Source: Eledone cirrhosa (Eukaryota). From it: a DNA stretch of 64,000 nucleotides. The stretch's first letter is position 1. The number at the start of each line of letters is the position of its first letter. Of the stretch, positions 55,701 through 64,000 are shown one piece after another. The stretch covers positions 31,372,001 through 31,436,000 of the forward strand of contig OZ024755.1 of NCBI GenBank assembly GCA_964016885.1, given 5' to 3'. The notes under the pieces are model-generated. The model was not told the DNA's origin. It searched no databases and saw only the letters and a list, made by a program, of their open reading frames with translations. A program made the position numbers and the translations under genes.

Positions 55701-58700
55701 AACCTTCTGAAGGACTTGAACCCCATGTATGGGATGTGTAGCAACCTTCTGAAGGACTTGTACCCCATGTATGGGATGTGCAGCAACCTTCTGAAGGACT
55801 TGTACCCCATGTATGGGATGTGTAGCAACCTTCTGAAGGACTTGTACCCCATGTATGGGATGTGTAGCAACCTTCTGAAGGACTTGTACCCCATGTATGG
55901 GATGTGTAGCAACCTTCTGAAGGACTTGTACCCCATGTATGGGATGTGTAGCAACCTTCTGAAGGACTTGTACCCAATGTATGGGATGTGTAGCAACCTT
56001 CTGAAGGACTTGTACCCATGTATGGGATGTGTAGCAACCTTCTGAAGGACTTGTACCCATGTATGGGATGTGTAGCAACCTTCTGAAGGACTTGTACCCA
56101 TGTATGGGATGTGCAGCAACCTTCTGAAGGACTTGTACCCCATGTATGGGATGTGTAGCAACCTTCTAAAGAAATTGTACCCCATGAATGGGATATGTAG
56201 CAACCTTTTGAAGGACTTGAACCCCATGTATGGGATGTGCAGCAAGCTTCTGAAGGACTTGTACCCCATGTATGGGATGAGTAGCAACCTTCTAAAGAAG
56301 TTGTACCCCATGAATGGGATATGTAGCAACCTTCTGAAGGACTTGTACCCCATGTATGGGATGTGTAGCAACCTCCTGAAGGACTTGTACCCCATGTATG
56401 GGATGTGCAGCAACATTCTGAAGGACTTGTACCCCATGAATGGGATATGTAGCGACCTTTTGAAGGACTTGTACCCCATGTATGGGATGTGCAGCAACCT
56501 TCTGAAGGACTTGTACCCCATGTATGGGATGTGTAGCAACCTTCTGAAGGACTTGAACCCCATGTATGGGATGTGTAGCAACCTTCTGAAGGACTTGTAC
56601 CCCATGTATGGGATGTGTAGCAACCTTCTGAAGGTCTTGTACCCCATGTATGGGATGTGTAGCAACCTTCTGAAGAACTTGTACCCCATGTATGGGATAT
56701 GTAGCAACCTTCTGAAGGACTTGAACCCCATGTATGGGATGTGCAGCAACCTTCTGAAGGACTTGTACCCCATGTATGGGATGTGTAGCAACCTTCTGAA
56801 GGACTTGTACCCCATGTATGGGATTTGTAGCAACCTTCTGAAGGACTTGTACCCCATGTATGGGATGTGTAGCAACCTTCTGAAGGACTTGTACCCCATG
56901 TATGGGATGTGCAGCAACCTTCTGAAGGACTTGTACCCCATGTATGGGATGTGTAGCAACCATCTGAAGGACTTGTACCCCATGTATGGGATGTGTAGCA
57001 ACCTTCTGAAGGACTTGTACCCATGTATGGGATTTGTAGCAACCTTCTGAAGGACTTGTACCCCATGTATGGGATGTGCAGCAACCTTCTGAAGGACTTG
57101 TACCCCATGTATGGGATGTGTAGCAACCTTCTGAAGGACTTGTACCCATGTATGGGATGTGTAGCAACCTTCTGAAGGACTTGTACCCATGTATGGGATG
57201 TGTAGCAACCTTCTGAAGGACTTGAACCCCATGTATGGGATGTGCAGCAAGCTTCTGAAGGACTTGTACCACATGTATGGGATTTGTAGCAACCTCCTGA
57301 AGGACTTGAACCCCATGTATGGGATGTGTAACAACCTTCTGAAGGACTTGTACCCATGTATGGGATGTGTAGCAACCTTCTGAAGGATTGTACCCCATGT
57401 ATGGGATATGTAGCAGCCTTCTGAAGGACTTGAACCCCATGTATGGGATGTGCAGCAAGCTTCTGAAGGACTTGTACCACATGTATGGGATATGTAGCAA
57501 CCTTCTGAAGGACTTGAACCCCATGTATGGGATGTGCAGCAACCTTCTGAAGGACTTGTACCCCATGTATGGGATGAGTAGCAACATTCTAAAGAAGTTG
57601 TACCCCATGTATGGGATGTGCAGCAACCTTCTGAAGGACTTGAACCCCATGTATGGGATGTGTAGCAACCTTCTGAAGGACTTGTACCCCATGTATGGGA
57701 TGTGTAGCAACCTTCTGAAGGTCTTGTACCCCATGTATGGGATGTGTAGCAACCTTCTGAAGAACTTGTACCCCATGTATGGGATATGTAGCAACCTTCT
57801 GAAGGACTTGAACCCCATGTATGGGATGTGTAGCAACCTTCTGAAGGACTTGTACCCCATGTATGGGATGTGCAGCAACCTTCTGAAGGACTTGTACCCC
57901 ATGTATGGGATGTGTAGCAACCTTCTGAAGGACTTGTACCCCATGTATGGGATGTGTAGCAACCTTCTGAAGGACTTGTACCCCATGTATGGGATTTGTA
58001 GCAACCTTCTGAAGGACTTGTACCCCATGTATGGGATGTGTAGCAACCTTCTGAAGGACTTGTACCCCATGTATGGGATGTGTAGCAACCTTCTGAAGGA
58101 CTTGTACCCCATGTATGGGATTTGTAGCAACCTTCTGAAGGACTTGTACCCCATGTATGGGATGTGCAGCAACCTTCTGAAGGACTTGTACCCCATGTAT
58201 GGGATGTGTAGCAACCTTCTGAAGGACTTGTACCCCATGTATGGGATGTGTAGCAACCTTCTGAAGGACTTGTACCCCATGTATGGGATTTGTAGCAACC
58301 TTCTGAAGGACTTGTACCCCATGTATGGGATGTGTAGCAACCTTCTGAAGGACTTGTACCCCATGTATGGGATGTGTAGCAACCTTCTGAAGGACTTGTA
58401 CCCCATGTATGGGATTTGTAGCAACCTTCTGAAGGACTTGTACCCCATGTATGGGATGTGTAGCAACCTTCTGAAGGACTTGTACCCCATGTATGGGATG
58501 TGCAGCAACCTTCTGAAGGACTTGTACCCCATGTATGGGATGTGTAGCAACCATCTGAAGGACTTGTACCCCATGTATGGGATGTGTAGCAACCTTCTGA
58601 AGGACTTGTACCCATGTATGGGATTTGTAGCAACCTTCTGAAGGACTTGTACCCCATGTATGGGATGTGCAGCAACCTTCTGAAGGACTTGTACCCCATG

Positions 58701-60079
58701 TATGGGATGTGTAGCAACCTTCTGAAGGACTTGTACCCATGTATGGGATGTGTAGCAACCTTCTGAAGGACTTGTACCCCATGTATGGGATATGTAGCAA
58801 CCTTCTGAAGGACTTGAACCCCATGTATGGGATGTGCAGCAAGCTTCTGAAGGACTTGTACCACATGTATGGGATTTGTAGCAACCTCCTGAAGGACTTG
58901 AACCCCATGTATGGGATGTGTAACAACCTTCTGAAGGACTTGTACCCATGTATGGGATGTGTAGCAACCTTCTGAAGGATTGTACCCCATGTATGGGATA
59001 TGTAGCAGCCTTCTGAAGGACTTGAACCCCATGTATGGGATGTGCAGCAAGCTTCTGAAGGACTTGTACCACATGTATGGGATATGTAGCAACCTTCTGA
59101 AGGACTTGAACCCCATGTATGGGATGTGCAGCAACCTTCTGAAGGACTTGTACCCCATGTATGGGATGAGTAGCAACCTTCTAAAGAAGTTGTACCCCAT
59201 GAATGGGATATGTAGCAACCTTCTGAAGGACTTGTACCGCATGTATGGGATGTGTAGCAACCTCCTGAAGGACTTGTACCCCATGTATGGGATGTGCAGC
59301 AACATTCTGAAGGACTTGTACCCCATGAATGGGATATGTAGCGACCTTTTGAAGGACTTGTACCCCATGTATGGGATGTGCAGCAACCTTCTGAAGGACT
59401 TGTACCCCATGTATGGGATGTGTAGCAACCTTCTGAAGGACTTGAACCCCATGTATGGGATGTGTAGCAACCTTCTGAAGGACTTGTACCCCATGTATGG
59501 GATGTGTAGCAACCTTCTGAAGGTCTTGTACCCCATGTATGGGATGTGTAGCAACCTTCTGAAGAACTTGTACCCCATGTATGGGATATGTAGCAACCTT
59601 CTGAAGGACTTGTACCCCATGTATGGGATTTGTAGCAACCTTCTGAAGGACTTGTACCCCATGTATGGGATGTGCAGCAACCTTCTGAAGCACTTGTACC
59701 CCATGTATGGGATGTGCAGCAACCTTCTGAAGGACTTGTACCCCATGTATGGGATATGTAGCAACCTTCTGAAGGACTTGTACCCCATGTATGGGATGTG
59801 TAGCAACCTTCTGAAGCACTGGTACCCCATGTATGGGATGTGTGGCAACCTTCTGAAGGACTTGTACCCCATGTATGGGATGTGTAGCAACCTTCTGAAG
59901 GACTTGTACCCCATGTATGGGATGTGTAGCAACCTTCTGAAGGACTTGTACCCATGTATGGGATGTGTAGCAACCTTCTGAAGGACTTGTACCCCATGTA
60001 TGGGATGTGTAGCAACCTTCTGAAGGACTTGTACCCCATGTATCGGATGTGTAGCAACCTTCTGAAGGACTTGTAATCC

Positions 60080-60905
60080 ATGTATGGGATGTGTAGCAAC
60101 CTTCTGAAGGACTTGTACCCCATGTATGGGATGTGTAGCAACCTTCTGAAGGACTTGTACCCCATGTATGGGATGTGTAGCAACCTTCTGAAGGTCTTGT
60201 ACCCCATGTATGGGATGTCCAGCAACCTTCTGAAGGACTTGTACCCCATGTATCGGATGTGTAGCAACCTTCTGAAGGACTTGTAATCCATGTATGGGAT
60301 GTGTAGCAACCTTCTGAAGGACTTGTACCCCATGTATGGGATGTGTAGCAACCTTCTGAAGGACTTGTACCCCATGTATGGGATGTGTAGCAACCTTCTG
60401 AAGGTCTTGTACCCCATGTATGGGATGTGTAGCAACCTTCTGAAGAACTTGTACCCCATGTATGGGATATGTAGCAACCTTCTGAAGGACTTGTACCCCA
60501 TGTATGGGATTTGTAGCAACCTTCGGAATGACTTGTACCCCATGTATGGGATGTGTAGCAACCTTCTGAAGGACTTGTACCCATGTATGGGATGTGCAGC
60601 AACCTTCTGAAGGACTTGTACCCCATGTATGGGATGTGCAGCAACATTCTGAAGGACTTGTACCCCATGAATGGGATATGTAGCAACCTTCTGAAGGACT
60701 TGTACCCCATGTATGGGATGTGCAGCAACCTTCTGAAGGATTGTACCCCATGTATGGGATTTGTAGCAACCTTCTGAAGGACTTGTACCCCATGTATGGG
60801 ATGTGTAGCAACCTTCTGAAGGACTTGTACCCCATGTATGGGATGTGCAGCAACATTCTGAAGGACTTGTACCCCATGAATGGGATATGTAGCAACCTTC
60901 TGAAG
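60080..60905. repeat. Non-adjacent copy (~0.8 kb) of the block at ~49150-49965, offset 10,938 bp
   Basis: ORFs 49352/60290, 49645/60583 and 49782/60720 are all offset by 10,938. Rare variants ATGTCCAGC, TATCGGATG and TGTAATCC are shared. Confidence 0.82.
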
Positions 60906-61339
60906 GACTTGTACCCATGAATGGGATGTGTAGCAACCTTCTGAAGGACTTGTACCCATGTATGGGATGTGTAGCAACCTTCTGAAGGACTTGTACCCAT
61001 GTATGGGATGTGTAGCAACCTTCTGAAGGACTTGTACCCATGTATGGGATGTGCAGCAACCTTCTGAAGGACTTGTACCCCATGTATAGGATGAGTAGCA
61101 ACCTTCTAAAGAAATTGTACCCCATGAATGGGATATGTAGCAACCTTCTGAAGGACTTGTACCCCATGTATGGGATGTGTAGCAACCTTCTGAAGGACTT
61201 GTACCCCATGTATGGGATGTGCAGCAACATTCTGAAGGACTTGTACCCCATGAATGGGATATGTAGCGACCTTCTGAAGGACTTGTACCCCATGTATGGG
61301 ATGTGTAGCAACTTTCTGAAGGACTTGAACCCCATGTAT

Positions 61340-62840
61340 GGGATATGTAGCAACCTTCTGAAGAACATGTACCCCATGTATGGGATATGTAGCAACCTTC
61401 TGAAGGACTTGAGCCCCATGTATGGGATGTGTAGCAACCTTCTGAAGGACTTGTACCCCATGTATGGGATGTGCAGCAACCTTCTGAAGGACTTGTACCC
61501 CATGTATGGGATGTGTAACAACCTTCTGAAGGACTTGAACCCCATGTATGGGATGTGTAACAACCTTCTGAAGGACTTGAACCCCATGTATGGGATGTGT
61601 AGCAACCTTCTGAAGGACTTGTACCCCATGTATGGGATGTGCAGCAACCTTCTGAAGGACTTGTACCCCATGTATGGGATGTGCAGCAACCTTCTGAAGG
61701 ACTTGTACCCCATGTATGGGATGTGTAACAACCTTCTGAAGGACTTGAACCCCATGTATGGGATGTGTAGCAACCTTCTGAAGGACTTGTACCCCATGTA
61801 TGGGATGTGTAGCAACCTTCTGAAGGACTTGTACCCCATGTATGGGATATGTAGCAACCTTCTGAAGGACTTGAACCCCATGTATGGGATGTGCAGCAAG
61901 CTTCTGAAGGACTTGTACCCCATGTATGGGATGTGCAGCAACCTTCTGAAGGACTTGTACCCCATGTATGGGATGTGTAACAACCTTCTGAAGGACTTGA
62001 ACCCCATGTATGGGATGTGTAGCAACCTTCTGAAGGACTTGTACCCCATGTATGGGATGTGTAGCAACCTTCTGAAGGACTTGTACCCCATGTATGGGAT
62101 GTGTAGCAACCTTCTGAAGGACTTGTACCCCATGTATGGGATATGTAGCAACCTTCTGAAGGACTTGAACCCCATGTATGGGATGTGCAGCAAGCTTCTG
62201 AAGGACTTGTACCCCATGTATGGGATGTGCAGCAACCTTCTGAAGGACTTGTACCCCATGTATGGGATATGTAGCAACCTTCTGAAGAACATGTACCCCA
62301 TGTATGGGATATGTAGCAACCTTCTGAAGGACTTGAGCCCCATGTATGGGATGTGTAGCAACCTTCTGAAGGACTTGTACCCCATGTATGGGATGTGCAG
62401 CAACCTTCTGAAGGACTTGTACCCCATGTATGGGATGTGTAACAACCTTCTGAAGGACTTGAACCCCATGTATGGGATGTGTAACAACCTTCTGAAGGAC
62501 TTGAACCCCATGTATGGGATGTGTAGCAACCTTCTGAAGGACTTGTACCCCATGTATGGGATGTGCAGCAACCTTCTGAAGGACTTGTACCCCATGTATG
62601 GGATGTGCAGCAACCTTCTGAAGGACTTGTACCCCATGTATGGGATGTGTAACAACCTTCTGAAGGACTTGAACCCCATGTATGGGATGTGTAGCAACCT
62701 TCTGAAGGACTTGTACCCCATGTATGGGATGTGTAGCAACCTTCTGAAGGACTTGTACCCCATGTATGGGATATGTAGCAACCTTCTGAAGGACTTGAAC
62801 CCCATGTATGGGATGTGCAGCAAGCTTCTGAAGGACTTGT
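61340..62840. repeat. Nested duplication with 924-bp (22-monomer) offset
   Basis: AAGAACATG occurs at 61361 and 62285, each followed by the same TGAGCC / GTAACAAC-TGAACC / AAGCTT series. Boundaries are approximate. Confidence 0.78.
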
Positions 62841-64000
62841 ACCACATGTATGGGATTTGTAGCAACCTCCTGAAGAACTTGAACCCCATGTATGGGATAT
62901 GTAGCAACCTTCTGAAGGACTTGAGCCCCATGTATGGGATATGTAGCAACCTTCTGAAGGACTTGAGCCCCATGTATGGGATGTGTAGCAACCTTCTGAA
63001 GGACTTGTACCCCATGTATGTGATGTGTAGCAACCTTCTGAAGGACTTGTACCCCATGTATGGGATGTGTAGCAACCTTCTGAAGGACTTGTACCCCATG
63101 TATGGGATGTGCAGCAACCTTCTGAAGGCCTTGTACCCCATGTATGGGATATGTAGCAACCTTCTGAAGGACTTGTACCCAATGTATGGGATGTGCAGCA
63201 ACCTTCTGAAGGACTTGTACCCCATGTATGGGACGTGTAGCAACCTTCTGAAGGACTTGTACCCCATGTATGGGATGTGTAGCAACCTTCTGAAGGACTT
63301 GTACCCCATGTATGGGATGTGCAGCAACCTTCTGAAGGACTTGTACCCCATGTATGGGATGTGCAGCAACCTTCTGAAGGACTTGTACCCCATGTATGGG
63401 ATGTGTAACAACATTCTGAAGGACTTGAACCCCATGTATGGGATGTGTAGCAACCTTCTGAAGGACTTGTACCCCATGTATGGGATGTGCAGCAACCTTC
63501 TGAAGGACTTGTACCCCATGTATGGGATGTGTAGCAACCTTCTGAAGGACTTGTACCCCATGTATGGGATTTGTAGCAACCTTCTGAAGGACTTGTACCC
63601 CATGTATGGGATATGTAGCAACCTTCTGAAGGACTTGTACCCCATGTATGGGATGTGTAGCAACCTTCTGAAGCACTTGTACCCCATGTATGGGATGTGT
63701 AGCAACCTTCTGAAGGACTTGTACCCCATGTATGGGATGTGCAGCAACCTTCTGAAGGACTTGTACCCATGTATGGGATGTGTAGCAACATTCTGAAGGA
63801 CTTGTACCCCATGTATGGGATGTGCAGCAACCTTCTGAAGGACTTGTACCCCATGTATGGGATATGTAGCAACCTTCTGAAGGACTTGTACCCCATGTAT
63901 GGGATGTGTAGCAACCTTCTGAAGGACTTGTACCCCATGTATGGGATGTGTAGCAACCTTCTGAAGGACTTGTACCCATGTATGGGATGTGTAGCAACCT

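Larger units (their letters stand above)
1..64000. repeat. 42-bp tandem satellite array (~1,525 head-to-tail monomers, single orientation, open at both window ends); consensus TTCTGAAGGACTTGTACCCCATGTATGGGATGTGTAGCAACC
   Basis: Seen directly: positions 1-42 recur continuously to 64000. Most monomers carry 0-3 substitutions and a minority are 41 bp. All ORF-track translations are 14-aa periodic. No non-repeat sequence was found. Confidence 0.99.

Noticed and set aside
59815-59850. Singleton variants GCACTGGTACC (KpnI site at 59821) and TGTGGCAAC as a special site
   Set aside because: These are ordinary substitutions in one monomer, useful only as a unique mapping anchor.
12-63997. All ORF-track entries as protein-coding genes
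   Set aside because: They are pure 14-aa periodic translations open in four overlapping frames, with no unique termini or domains, and they are interrupted freely by frameshifts and stop variants.
1-64000. CRISPR array (palindromic repeats at regular spacing)
   Set aside because: There are no unique spacers, leader or cas genes; the sequence between dyads is as conserved as the dyads.
1-64000. Telomeric repeat or G-quadruplex array
   Set aside because: There is only one G-run of three or more per strand per 42 bp, no recognisable telomere motif, and the unit is longer than typical telomerase repeats.
1-64000. Embedded transposon, inversion or strand switch
   Set aside because: No non-monomer sequence, reversed monomer or target-site duplication was found.
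1-64000. Variant pattern as an encoded message, synthetic construct or programmed diversification cassette system
   Set aside because: The pattern is explained by nested duplication plus point mutation, and no recombinase, reverse transcriptase, expression site or linker is present.

Overview
The whole 64 kb is one uninterrupted, head-to-tail satellite array of a 42-bp monomer (consensus TTCTGAAGGACTTGTACCCCATGTATGGGATGTGTAGCAACC, about 48% GC, roughly 1,525 copies, one orientation, running off both window edges). I found no unique sequence, credible gene, RNA gene, transposon or CRISPR spacer; the long ORFs are by-products of a 42-bp period whose reverse complement contains no stop triplet. 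The information lies in the pattern of variants. The monomer is a quasi-palindrome with two dyads. The array contains a chain of overlapping, near-identical multi-kb duplications (offsets 13,869, 5,452, 4,658 and 5,111 bp) plus nested smaller ones. The few differences between copies re-use alleles already present in the array, the only indels seen are 1-bp deletions, and variant haplotypes turn over from left to right. This looks like eukaryotic satellite/heterochromatic DNA, but I do not recognise the family or organism, and the sequence alone does not support a new protein-coding system. All comparisons were made by eye with the ORF track, not by alignment software.
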